A stretch of 64,000 bases of DNA from Trichoplax sp. H2. Taxonomy: Eukaryota. A program made the translations under genes and the position numbers. Positions 50,501-64,000 of this stretch are shown here, one piece after another. How positions within the stretch are numbered: the stretch's first letter is position 1; each line of letters opens with the position of its first letter. The DNA is taken from contig NOWV01000012.1 of the NCBI GenBank assembly GCA_003344405.1, positions 1-64,000 of the forward strand, given 5' to 3'. Below the pieces are notes generated by a model. The model did no database searches. It worked only from the letters and a program-made list of their open reading frames with translations, and was not told where the DNA came from.

Positions 50501-53500
50501 TGGTACACTTCCTGTTAGGAACTCACTACGTGGATTCGCTGCGGCATGGAAAGTTCAGTACGCATCATATATGCACGATAAAGCGAAGGTAACCAGCATT
50601 ATGATACTGTATAGTTGGATTACTTGGTTGTGGTAGTTCTCTTTTATGCTGATATCTAATCATCAAGTTAACTACAAGTAAAACTACCTACAAGATAAAA
50701 TCATCCTATAATTACGTTATTGTTTTCAAGCTGTAATTTTGTAAGGTCCTTAATTTGATCTGATTGTATACGCGTATTATTAAACTATATAGGGAGAATT
50801 AGATAAAATTATTGCATACAGGATGCACATAACTGATCGGTTAGCAAAGGATGTTTTTACATTGGATCAACTTAATGAGGCTCAGAAGTTGCTACAAGAG
50901 TTAAGCGACATGGAAAACACTATAGATGATGTCTTCCTACCAGTTGAAAGAATGTATAGCTTATTAAGGTACAGTCTCAACCTTAAATGAAATTCATTGT
51001 CAATCATCGTGTTACAAAATCGCCTTTATTTCTTACTTCAAATGCAACTGCAGTAGCTAAAATTTTTTCTTGTATTGGATTTCCTAGACAATTTAACCTG
51101 CGATTGCCAAGATCTGAAGTACAAGAAGTAAGAAATTTAAGAGAAGAGTGGCAAAAATTATTACTTTTAGCTGAAAAGGTATGTTGCAATACTATACCGT
51201 ATTCACACAGACGATTAATGAGCATACGTATACGGGAAAAGATTCGGACTAATATCCTGTTTATGCACGATGCGCAGGTACGATATCAACTTATGGTTAC
51301 ACACAGGACAGCCTTTGAGCAAGAGCTAGATAAGCAGATCAAGGTAACAGATTAGTTTGCTATCCGTATATGGTGACTTCCTATTTATTTTGTAACTGTT
51401 TATATTGGCTAACTAATATCATTATGAAATTATTCAATAATATAATTAGCGAGAAACGAATAAATTTATTCATTTACTTACATAACAGGCATTCGTCGTT
51501 GATGTAATTCAATTCCGCAATAGTTTTGATGCTCAAGGCCCCGCTATTCCTGGCATTAGGCCAGCGGAGGCTGTTAAGAGATTAATAGAATTTCAAGACG
51601 AATTTCAAAAGTATGACGAAAAGCGCCGAATTTTAGATGCCGTACAAAAACTATTTGGAAAACCGCCAGTATCATTTCCGGACTTGGACAAAACCGGAGA
51701 GGTAAATATATTACATTAGAATGACGTATTTCTACAAGTAGTACAATAATTGATACTTTTCCATAATTTTGATCTCTTCACACCTTACGTTTCAGGAATT
51801 GCATTTACTGGATTTATTATATAGTTTATTTCAGCGATTCTTAGCATTTGATGCCGAGTAAGTATTAGAGAAGCTAAGCATCTTATTAATGTCTAGAAAT
51901 ATAATTGATAGTAATTAAGTCTACTTTTCCAGTGCTGTTGTACAGATTCCAATATTAAGTCAAAGCATGTTTCATTCGTAGGTTTCGAGAAAGATTATGG
52001 GCAAAGGCGGACTTAGATAACGCTCATCGACAGGTTAAAACATAAGTTGCTACTACAGCACTGCGATAGTACCAATTTATAATATACGCAAAATAGCATA
52101 ATCAATCTCTTACTTAACTAAACTAAACTCGTACGCGCTCTAATAGATGGAAGTCTTCTGGAACGAATGTTTAAAACTTCCAGAACAAATCAAGGGTTGG
52201 TCTTCTTACAAGGAACTGAAAGGATTAATTGACGGCTACTTGGCTCTTTTCCCAGTGCTACACCGTCTTGCATCTAAAGTAATATTATTAATATAATAGT
52301 CTAGATAGATTCAAAAACTTAATCTTTATAATTAGTAAAGGTATCTTGATCATCTACGGTGTTATAATTTAAATACATACTGCAGATATTGCTATATGCT
52401 GTAATTATTAATAGATACTGCAAATAGTAATGCAATTACTAAATGTTCGCATTTATGCATATCACAATCAGCATAAAAGAGCCTGATAGCAATAATATTC
52501 AAGTATACCATCTTTGTCTTCAATAATTAATGAATCCAAGTACAAACATATATAATAACCCAGCAACTATCACTTATGTACGATAGGAAATACGTAATCG
52601 TCATTGGTTAGATGTCATGGTTGCAACAGGTTCATCCTTTCAGCTGGAAGCAAACGTTTTTAAATTGAAGCATCTGTTAGATATTGGTTTACTCAGGTAC
52701 GAAATATTTCATTTAAAAATTCGAACGATGCACTTACGTGTGATTATTGTATTAAATTTGCAGTTGTATGATGCAATGAATAAATTATATTTAATATAGA
52801 CATCAGAATGAAATTGGCGAAATTACTCGATGTGCTAGTCGAGAGTTAGAAATTGAAGAAACATTGAGGAACATAGAAGAGGAATGGACAGAACAAGTTA
52901 GTTAATGAAGGATCATGTTATATTTCTTAAGAATAAGTGATACGGGTACTAAATTTTTTTGCAATTTATGATAGGTCCTTGCTTTTGATGAATTTAAGAA
53001 TCGTGGGTTCTTATGTTTAAGCGCTTCAAATACTCAGACGCTGCTTGAGCAGTTGGATGACTCTCAAGTTTCGCTGGCCTCTATGCTAACTTCTCGTCAT
53101 ATTGGTCCTTTAAGAGATGAAGCAGCTTCCTGGGCAACAAAACTAAATAGTGTATCTGAGATTCTAGAATTGGTGAGCATAAAACAATTTTGTTTAAACA
53201 GCGGTGTTATCTAATCAAATTTTATTACAAAAATAATAAACGATCACCTGTAAGAAGTTCTAGAGTTGAAATCTAATGTTTTCAGCTTCATCAGCCTTCA
53301 TGACATTGAATTTCTATGTTTATAGTGGTTATCCGTTCAAGAGTTGTGGCTGAATTTAGAAGCAGTATTTTATCAGGCGGAAACAATCAAGGTTATAATT
53401 GGCACATCGTTAATAGCCAATTGCTGTTCCTTTAAGACATCTAATAAAAATTAACTTTCACAGGAATTACCGCAGGAGGCAAGACGATTTAACAGGATTG

Positions 53501-56500
53501 ATAGAAGTTGGAGCAGGCTTATGAAACAAGCTTACGAAATTAGAAATGTTTTACAGGTATGATGTTTTGACGAAGCTTATACAATGTGCAGATGCCATAA
53601 TAAACCTTCTTAAAGATATCTAGATAATCTTTATACCGACATAAAGATTAGCGAATTAAAATCTTGTCTATCCTAGTAGCACCTCAATTCAAGTTTTTTA
53701 CTTGTTCTGACAAAACTAGCAGTTACATATCTCAGATACAACATAATACTATGACTTACTTAGTCTTAGTTTTCGGTAATACATGCAAGTGACCTGAGAA
53801 AATTTATTGTAACCACTGAGGGTTAAATTTGGAATAACATTCTGATTTCTAGTGTTGTTTCCGCGGCGATGTCCCTAAATATACCGTGCTAAAGCACTTG
53901 CTGGAAGAACTAGAATTATGCTTCAAATCGTTGCTCTCTTATTTGGATCAAAAGCGCAGGGTAAATATTATTTTGCTCAAGACATCCTTTATATTAGGTT
54001 ATTTACAATATTATGTTATTAATCAATTCTTACTTAAATGGATTATAATAACAGGAATTTCCAAGGTTTTACTTTGTTTCCGATTCTATCTTACTATCTG
54101 TATTGCGATCTGCGCGTACACTTGATTCTGTAAGGCCGCATCTAAGGTAAACCGGCAGCTAGCTATGCCTGATACGCATTTCGATATTCGTCCTTAGCTG
54201 TCGAGAAGCTATACCGTAACTAATTAACATTATTATTCGTCGTAGATCTATCTTTGGTAATATCTCCAACTTAAAAATTAATACTGCTGCTCCAATATCG
54301 CGTAATAAGAAAGTTTTAGCGCCCTTGGTAAGAATGCATTAATAATCGGTTGAAATGGGAATTGTTAACTAAGCTATTTGTCATTGTATTGGTAATAGGA
54401 TCATCAATCAGAGCACAGTAATGCTCCATCGGCCGCTACTTTTCGTAAAAGAAGTAGCATGGATTTTATTCCTATTTCGCTAAAACGGCGTAGCAGTCAA
54501 GATATGATAAACATCCCATTTCATAGAAGCTCACAAAATGCCATTTCATCCGGAGTATCCATCGCCAATTCTGTTTCTGATGCAGACGGACTATCTGATT
54601 CCATTAGTAAAATTTACGCCGTTGTTTCACCTGAATGTGAAACCTTACAATTGTCAACTCAGGTAATATTTACTTTGCCGTCATTTTTACGGATTTATTG
54701 TTTTATTACTGGATATTGGCGTTTTTTATATGCTTACATAATAAATATAAAATTTTATCCTTAAATTTCAGGTACCGCTATCTGGTGGTGTTCAAGCCTG
54801 GTTAAATGCTTTGTCGACTTCGGTTGAGAAAACACTACTGGAATTAATAAATGATCAAGTCGACGATGTTCTTGCAATGACATCTATCGATGAATGGGCT
54901 TATAAAGTATGCTTAAAGAATTAGAATTAAAATTTTTATAAGCCTACGAATTAGTATTGTACTCTTGCTTTTCAATTAATAAGATAATACTTACAGTACG
55001 CTTAGTTACGGAATGAGTAAAATTATTTTAATCAAAAATGCGATATTAAGTCATAAGGAGTTATAGTAAGAATTTTTTGATTACTAACAGATTTTAATTT
55101 TATTTAGTATCCAGCTCAAGTTGCTCGTCTTGGTTTACAATATTATTGGACTAAGGAATGTGAGCAGGTAAAATATTCATTTGCTTATATATAATATATA
55201 TATATATTACGTAGATAGATCAATTCCATGTTCTCAATGAGCTACCAAGAAAATTCCTTGCGCTCATAGCAGTCCTTAAAAATTTTGACAGGGCATTACT
55301 GAGATTAGAACTGAAAGGAAATCTTTGAGTAATACTTCCAGGCGATTTTGGTCCTTTTTAAGTAAAACTACAGTGACCATTTCAAGAGTAAACTGGAAGC
55401 ACGTTGATGAACCTGTAACAAACGTACATCGTCTCCGTCTGGAGACATTACTAGCGGTACTAGAACTAATGCTACTCTTTTTATTTTTTACTTTTGCTAA
55501 AGTATAACATTGGAATTACTATTTACGGAAGTCTTACAAATCTTCCTTATACCTATTTTGCTAGTAGACTTAGGTAACAATTTTTATCTTCTTTTGTAGC
55601 ATGGCCTTTATATGCGGGATGTTCTAGATGACTTAGCCAAGAAGAAACTGCGTGAGCAGACTGACTTTGAATGGAAGAAAAACTTAAGATTTTATCACAT
55701 GAAAGAAGATTCCCATAAAGGTAACATAGCCTTCTTAAGCGATTTTGTTACGATTTGAAGAATAATTTATTATTTCTTATAACATTTTAGCACTTGATAA
55801 TGAACAAATTTTGAACATGATACGCATTGTGTAATCTGTCTTTATTTCACTGTCACTGTTTAACATCATTAGAAGAAAAGGTCCCCCAAATTTGGGTTCT
55901 TGACACAAAATTTAACTATGGTTTTGAGTTTTATGGATGTATGTCTCCTATTATTATGACGCCTTTAACAGATCGATGCTTCCTATCACTTAGCCAGGTA
56001 TTCGAATATAATAACTTGGATTAAATAATGAAGAGTAAAGAAATCACTAAAGTTTCTTGAGTAAAAAATAAAATATATGCGTACATAATTATAAATTAAA
56101 TCATTAAATAATTCTATTAAGGCTGTTTCAAATCATCGAGGAGCAGCACTTTGTGGCCCTTGGGGCACCGGAAAAACGGAAACTATCAAGGTACAGAGTG
56201 GATACCTACTGCCTTCGTTTTATTTTTAAACATAACTTTGTTTAGAGACATTTTCGTAATATTTAAATTTTTACTCCATAGGGATTTGCTCATATGTTAG
56301 GTGTCTATCTAGTAGCCTTTAGCTGTTCTTTACAATCTGAACCATCCAGCTTAATTCGAATTATCCATGGTCTTGCACAGGTATATATATTATTATAGTA
56401 ACCAATTCTATCCAATTCTGTACAGTACACGTCAGTGTAGGGCCTAAATGAAAAGTATCATATTTCAGGATGGTTGTTGGGGCTGTTTCGATGATTTTCA

Positions 56501-59500
56501 TAGAGTTCAAGTCTCTACAATTTCTGTACTATCACATCACTTACAAATAATTATGAATGCACTGCGAACGAAAGAAATTTTTTGCACTATGCCGGGAGGC
56601 ATCGAGGTAAATCAGAATATTTATAAGTAATCCCATTATCAGGGCTTTTAGTACCTTATATTTCGTAAAATATATCAGTATGTTATAAATATAAATTTTT
56701 ATTTATTTTCTTAACTTAGATTACGATAAACCGAAAAGTTGCCTTCTTTATGACATATGATACTTCATATGGAAACCAAGGTGATCATCTATTACCGAGT
56801 GATATCCGAACCCTCTTTAGACCTATTGCCTTGACTGCTCCTGATGTTGGTTTAATTCTTCGAGCCTACTGCACTTCTAAAGGCTTCAAAGCGCCACGAG
56901 TTTTGGCAGATAGAATCAAACTGCTATTAAGTATTTCTAAGCATCTAGTGTAAGTATTATGACATATATTCGTTTTCAAGCTGATAGTTATAATTAAGTA
57001 AAGTATGATATTTCGTGCAATGCCTGATGCTTTATTTCGTACAATTTTCTTTAAATCTGACGAACATAACTCTGCAACCCTTACAGAAAAAGTAATAATC
57101 AACATAAGATTAGTTTATCATCCATTCTGTCATGTATCAGCTACGCAGCTAAGCGACGTGATGATTACCAAGCCTTGCAAAATAACCCTAAAATGGGTGA
57201 CATTGCTAGATCGAATAGCGCTTCTTCAACGCAGAATCTAGGCGCAAGTAAGCAAAGACATAACCATTAAAGTACAGAGATAATTATCTCATCACATTTC
57301 CTTTTAATATATAATTGCAATATATCCGATTTCAGGCGGTGGTGGATTAAGACCTCGAGCTGAAACTACCAGGAAGAATACTCCTTCACAACAATTGTCT
57401 CCAGCAATACGTGGAGAACATATGTTTGTTTCACACGCTATCCAAGATCTAATTGTACCTCAGATCTCTCCAGAGGTATTAAATACTGCTCTTATTAGAT
57501 AATGCTTCTAGTTAAACGTTTTCTAATAAATTAAGGCGATAATTATAAATTATGGGAAACACAGATGATTTCCAAACTTTGTATTGGATTAATTTTATCA
57601 TAATTGATTCAATTCACGAATAATTTTATGCATTGCAGTACACTATGCTTACATCGATATTATATAGATATTTCTATTGCACCTTTCCTAACATACCTAA
57701 CTTGGATGTATTATATGGAGTACTTGCATAAATATGAAAAATCTTGCTCTTCTGAAAGACTCTTAATTTGCTAATGTTGTGTTTAATTCTTCTTTCAATA
57801 TAAAATTAGAATTTCGCTGTTTTTAACAGCTTACTCCATGATATATTCTATTCTTCCTCTGATCCATACAAACTGGCTGGTTTCCATGACGGTAGTGGTA
57901 CTGTTGAAGAGGCATTCATGCAACAGACTCAAAAAAGCGGTCTACATTTTCACGCTCCGTGGGTATCAAAAGCTATGCAATTGCATAAACTATCGAAAGT
58001 TCATCATGGTATGTAAAGAATGTATAACAAATAAAATTTATTAAAGTAGTAAAACTAATGCATTGCAAGTATGAAGATGTGTACGATCATATAAACCATA
58101 ATTTTCAACCAGGAATAACCTCTATAATTCTAATTGCCTTGTTATAATTGCATAAATAGGAGTAGTTGTTGCTGGACCACCTGGTAGTGGAAAATCGACA
58201 ATGATTTCTACACTTATCGATGCGTTATCCCTATGCTCGAAAAATGATCAAGGAGATGGCAGTAAAAAGCATATCCATCGATTGCAAAAGATTAATCCAA
58301 CTGCAGTATCAAATTTATCGCTAATGTTCGGTCGGTTGAATGCATCTAACGATTGGGAAGATGGTATATTTACGGCGTTATGGAGAAAAGCCAATAAAAA
58401 TTTAGCAACAACAACGTGGTTATGTTTAGATGCAACGCTAGCACCGTATTGGGCCGATAATTTGAACTGCATTATCGGTAATGGCCGATCTTTGGATCTT
58501 TTAAATGGAGAACGCTTATTCCTAAGTGATAACGTCAAAATATTGTTTGAAACTCATGATGTTAGTAATGCTTCCCCGGCAGTATTTGGACGTACTGGCA
58601 TAGTCTACGTTGATGATGGCGTATTAGGTTGGGTGCCTTTATCACATGCGTGGTTAGCATCAAGAAACGATCAGGAGATTAAAGTCCTACAGCCAGTCTT
58701 TAGTGCAATTATTTCAGATGTAACCAATTTTATTAGTTACGACTGTCAAGTTATGGTTAAAGTATGTGAAATTGGCTTATTTCAAACGTGTTTATCGTTA
58801 TTAACCGCCTTATTAGAAGAACAAGCCGAGGTAATTGCCGATCTGCATATTGAACGATTATTTCTGTTTTCGGTTATATGGTCTTATGGTATGATTATGA
58901 ACGATCATGATCGTGGACGATTTAGTAATTTAATGAAAAGTCTATCGACAGCTTTACCAGATTACGATCTAGGAATATCAGTATTTGATTATTATGTAGA
59001 TGAATCAGGTGAATGGGATCCATGGACATCACGCGTGCCAGAATTTTCACCTGATTCAATGGATTTCTTGGGTGAAACTTTTATTGATACTGTTACAACA
59101 GTTAAAATTAGCCGTTTAATGGAATTGTCATTTAGTTCTGGCCGTAATGTTTCAATTATTGGACCACCAGGATGTGGTAAAACAGTGACTGTTAACCGTT
59201 TCTTAGATCAGCAAGATGGTTCAAGCATGGTTACAAAACGTATTGTTTTCTCTGGGACTTCCAGTGCCCACGATTTGCAACATTTTATAGATGAGAATGT
59301 TTATCATCGTCAAGGCTTCGTATATGGTGCTAAAGATGGCAAGAAATTATGTTTATTCGTTGATGATCTTAACCTACCAACATCCAATAGCGACAAAACA
59401 ATACAAGAGAGCCATGAATTATTGCGTCAACTATTGGATGATAAGTTAATTTTCAATTATAACAAAATTGGCGATTATCGAGTGATTGAAAATTTACAGG

Positions 59501-62500
59501 TGATTGCTACCGCTACGTCTTCATCATCATCCACTATTAACACTACAACATCAACTATGAAGTCTGTCTTACCAGATCGATTAAAACGCCATTTTTCTAT
59601 TTTTTATTTACAAGAACCAACTGGTAATGCTCTAAATAGTATTATGTCAGGCATAGTTCACGCTAATCTTTACCTCTATGAAAGTGTTCTGAATCCAGAC
59701 TTAATGAATACATTAACTCAGGCATCATGCGATGTTTTAGCACGCATAAAATCAGTTTTACGACCATCACCGGTACCTGGTCGATATCAGTATTCTTTTA
59801 ATTTACGTGATCTTAATAGAGTTATTCAAATGTTAAAAAGATTATCCAATCAACCCAGAATTGATGAATTATCAATTGTATCCTTATGGAAGCATGAACT
59901 TGATCGTACTATACGTGATCGTATTTGTCGCAACACTGATTTAAATTGGTATGACGGAACCGTTGTGAAAATCCTTGAGGAATACTTCCCTGATATTTCC
60001 AAGGATGAATTAATACAAGATTATATTACATTCAAATTGGAACCCATACGTAGTCGTACACATACAGGAGCTACCGTTAAAGATTATATTCAGCCAATCA
60101 CTAATATGAGTGAAATTATGGGATGGATTCGTGATCAAATGATTACTTACAATGAGGACTTTGGTAATCGCAATTTAAGCGTTATATTATCGGATTACAT
60201 CGTCGCTCATGTCGTTCGTTTATTACGAATTTTAAGCTTTAATAACAGGTTAGTTGCAGTTTACCTTTATTGGTATAATGTTAAAAATAATATTATGACT
60301 CATCTAATTTTTGTAATTTGTTATAGAAGTAATCTTATTAAGGGTGTCGTATAGACTTATCTCTTGTCTTAGATTAATTACTAAGTCGGGATAGTATAGG
60401 TGTAGTTTAGTTAAGTAATTTTTGTATAGTACTTTTATTCTACATTAAACTTTTATTGATAATTTAATTCTTTATGCATTTTCTTATGTGATATTAATTA
60501 ACTTTACAGAGGTAATGCTGTCTTAGTCGGACAGGTTGGTAGCCATCTTTCAACTTACGTCCGTTTTGCATTATATGTTTGTGGTATTCCACAACATCAT
60601 GTTGATACATCATCCGGAAATACGTTTTATGATGGATTACGCTCAGCTGTTCGATTAACTGGCGCAGAAGGAAAGCGATTAGCTATTGTATTAAAAGCTA
60701 ACGATTTAAAAAATAGTGTTATTATTGATGCCGTCAACAGCATCTTAATTAGTGGTGAATGCTCGAAATTATTTTCTAATGACGAATTAGATGGCTTATT
60801 GCAAGCACTGTCTCACACCTTGAAACGCAATTATTCCAATATGGATACTAATCCAATGGATTTCTTTATCTCACGCGTTAAATCCAATCTACATATTATA
60901 ATAACTATACCGCCAACCAACAATTTATTAAAAGTCGCCGCCAATCAATTTCCCGGCTTTATATCGTGTTGTCATATGGATTGGCTAATGGACTGGTCAA
61001 AGCCATCGTTAATAAGTGAAGCAACGCATTATATTGCTGAATATAGCATCATGGAACATAGTGCTGAAGATATACGAGGTAAGGTCGTCCATAGTATGGC
61101 CGATATCCATGTATTTATGTTGAAGGAGTGTGATCAACTTCCATGGGCGATGGATAAATACAACGCTAATCAAAGTAATGATCCTAAACAATGCTTACCG
61201 TTTGCTAAAAATGCATTAGTTGAAAGGATAACTACAAAATATGATAAAAAATGGCAGAATCGTAAAGACGTCTTTGTTGGGCCAAATACATACCGTCGAT
61301 TCATGAATGCTTTTAAGAAAATCTATACAACGAAACATCAAGAAGCTAATACAACTATACTTAAATTACGTAAAGCATTACAGACGCTAGAAAGTACGAA
61401 AATCGAAGCTGAATCAACGGCATCGGATATTGAAAAGATGAAATATAATTTACGCTTAGCGACTGATCGTTCTGCTTCATTACTACAGCAATTAACGATA
61501 CGAATAACACAATTAGAGAAATTGAAGGCTAAATTAGGTACAGGTGGCAATGTATTAGATGCATTCGCGACTATCAATGAGTTAGAGATGGCATCAGAAG
61601 TAGAATCAGTGCCGCTACCCTTAGATGATGAAATGGATGAGCTGGATACTGAATTTGAAAAATTACGTCAAATTAAATTACGTAAAAAGCATGATAAGTT
61701 AATGGAAGACATTACTCGAGCACAAGAAGAAGTCGATGAAGCGAAGAAAGCCTTAAGTGGTGCTAAAAATCAAATACGCCATTGGAGAAACAAAATTGAT
61801 CGTAGTTGCGTTGAACGTTTGCGTGTATTCCAAAATCCACCTTCGCTAGTCGGCACAGTTATGGAAATGACGATGGTATTATTAGGAAAGTTGGAACCAT
61901 CACCAGCTTACTCAATTAACTATAATACATCTAGCTCTAATATCGCTTCAAATACGGGCAATAATTACGACGACGCATATTCATCAATACCGCGTGGCTC
62001 TAGTTTTGTAGGAAAATCGAAACGTGGACGTGATCACACTAATAATGCATCCAATCATAATCGTGTCGACCGTGATCTATGGAAATCAATTCAATTAGCT
62101 ATGACTGATTCACAAAAATTTATTGATGCTCTATGGAATATACAGTGGGAAGAAGGTTTAAGTCCTGACAAGTTGGCCATTATGGAAAATTACTTAGGCA
62201 AAAAATCACCTACTAACTTAGCACAAACAAATAATCAATTAACGGGACTAAGCATTACTGAAGAAATGAATCAAAATCACCACCATCATCACCCCATTAC
62301 ATCAAATTTACTGGCATCGGGTAGCACATTTTCTCCACGTCGATTATCAAGCTCTACATCAGTAAGTTTTCAAACAGGAACACAACAAACAGGTGCTGTA
62401 CCACCTCCTAATATTACTATTGCAGCTGCTAAATATTCATCGGAAGATGCTGCTATCTTAGTTGCATATATTATGGCATTAGTTGAATATACATATCAGT

Positions 62501-64000
62501 ATTCACCTGTACGTGAGAAAATTGAGCGATTACAAGAATTATTGATTGAAAAAGACGAAGATGAAAGGCGTGCTGCGGAAGAAGAGGATGAAGTTGAACA
62601 AGAGGAAGAGCAACGAGAAGAGATACAAATTGAAGATGAATTGTCTATCGATGATTACGACCGTATTGAAGAAGAAGCACACCAGTTGCAGATTGAATAT
62701 GACCGCGCAGCTGTCGAAAAGCATATTTTACAAAAGGAATACGATATTAATACACAACGATTGCAAGCAGCTATGGAAGCCATCAATAGTCTTGAAACAC
62801 AAACAAAGTTATGGCAAGATCTAGTCGATGAGAATACATCATTAGATTTACTACTAGCTAATTGTGTTTGTGCTAGTGCATTTTTAGCCTATTTAGGACC
62901 GCTCGGTGCCGATGCACGATCAAATTGCGCTGCTGAGTTTATGCGAGCGTGTATGAGGAATAAATTACCAGTAGCTAAAAAAGCGATATTTACGGATGTT
63001 ACCCTAGCTGAATTTGTATTAGGCCAAGCTAATTTAAGGCGTATTGAAGTAAGTGAAAGGCTTCCTAAAGATATTTTATCGCAAGAAAACTTCTGCATCT
63101 TCAAATACCAAGTTTATTGTAATTCATGGATATTGTTATGTGATCCACAACGTATCGCATCCACATATGTCGCTGCTAATGTTGACGACATTACTATAGT
63201 TCGCTATAAAGAATTACGTAATCAACTAGATACATGTTTAAATGATGGTAAGGAAATACTAATTACTGACGTAGACACCAAGAGTATACTTGAAGATAAA
63301 CGCTTTTCGATACTATTGCGCCATGCTGATCTATTTGATAAAGAGCGTGAAACATTTAAAATGATGATTGGTGATCATGAAGTTGAATGTAATCCACAAT
63401 TTAGAATGACATTATCAACGTCTTGTCTGCCTATGAATGTACCAGATGAGTTGGCATCTCAATTAAGTGTAATTGAATTATCACATTCAACCCAAGGTCT
63501 CGAGGAGTTATTATTGGATTTCTTTATGCAAAAAGAGAAAACGCGCATTGATGAAGATAGCACACAAATCGCTGAAGAAATGATCGCTATCTATAATCGT
63601 TTGGAAACGATTGAGCAAAATATGCTAGAATTATTATCATGCAATAATAAATTACTCCACGATCTGACGATGACTAAAAAATTAACCTCATTAAAGAAAG
63701 CTTACGATGAAGCTATTGAAAATCAAGCTAGAGTCAAAGTTAACGAAGATAACATCATTAATACACGGCAGCATTATCGACCTGTAGCGAAACGCGGTGC
63801 AGTCCTATTTAATGTCTCCAAGCAAATGGCATTAGTAAATCCAATGTATCAGATATCATTAGATCAATTTTTGAACATGTATTCAACATCGATATTGCAT
63901 TCAGATAGAACTGTTGTTAAAGCAGTCGTTGATCGTCTAACACAATTAGTCTTCTTTTCAATCGCGCGTGGCTATTTCGAAATTGATCAATTTTTATATG
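44591..64000 (+). CDS. Divergent axonemal dynein heavy chain, DNAH5/DNAH8 (outer-arm gamma)-like; about 42 exons in the window, 3' end truncated
   Basis: Tail GPLSELYRW..KSKLLKRWK..ITEAVNETKDKVKYL and PPVAGAINW; linker EIRNRHW, WLSVQELWLNLEAVF, FPRFYFVSD; AAA1 GPWGTGKTET (56155); AAA2 GPPGSGKST; AAA3 GPPGCGKT..LFVDDLNLP..FNLRDL; stalk/MTBD FQNPP; AFLAYLGP; YRPVAKRGAVLF..NPMYQISL. The last exons are 58160-60248 and 60510 to beyond 64000. Confidence 0.93.

Noticed and set aside
62546-62824. Lys/Arg-rich 92-aa plus-strand ORF
   Set aside because: Alternative frame of the Glu-rich dynein stalk segment.
44591-64000. Dynein as a pseudogene
   Set aside because: No stops or frameshifts seen in the exons I traced, multi-kb open exons, intact splice sites and an X-box.
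1-64000. tRNA, rRNA, transposase or reverse transcriptase genes
   Set aside because: None recognised by eye; a covariance-model and repeat search would be needed to exclude small RNAs.

Overview
AT-rich, compact eukaryotic (animal) DNA with short GT-AG introns. Composition, intron sizes and gene content suggest an early-branching metazoan, most plausibly the placozoan Trichoplax (inference). Ten genes can be modelled by hand, in order: NME5 (+), RB1CC1/FIP200 (-), nocturnin (+), a KCTD8/12/16-type BTB-H1 gene (-), two tandem secreted CUB-trypsin proteases (+), IRAK1BP1/SIMPL (-), SLC35F1/2 (+), JAGN1 (-), and a DNAH5/8-like axonemal dynein heavy chain (+) that runs off the window end. The strongest signal is the dynein. 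Its reading frame is open and it has a near-consensus RFX X-box upstream. However, AAA1 appears to lack the Walker B Glu, sensor I Asn and sensor II Arg, the AAA4 P-loop is degenerate, and the microtubule-binding domain carries two large low-complexity inserts. It is therefore a candidate catalytically impaired ciliary 'pseudo-motor'. A second pattern is palindromic (TACAG)n/(CTGTA)n tracts concentrated at the 5' or head-to-head promoter regions. All exon models and comparisons were made by eye against remembered reference sequences; no alignment or search was run.
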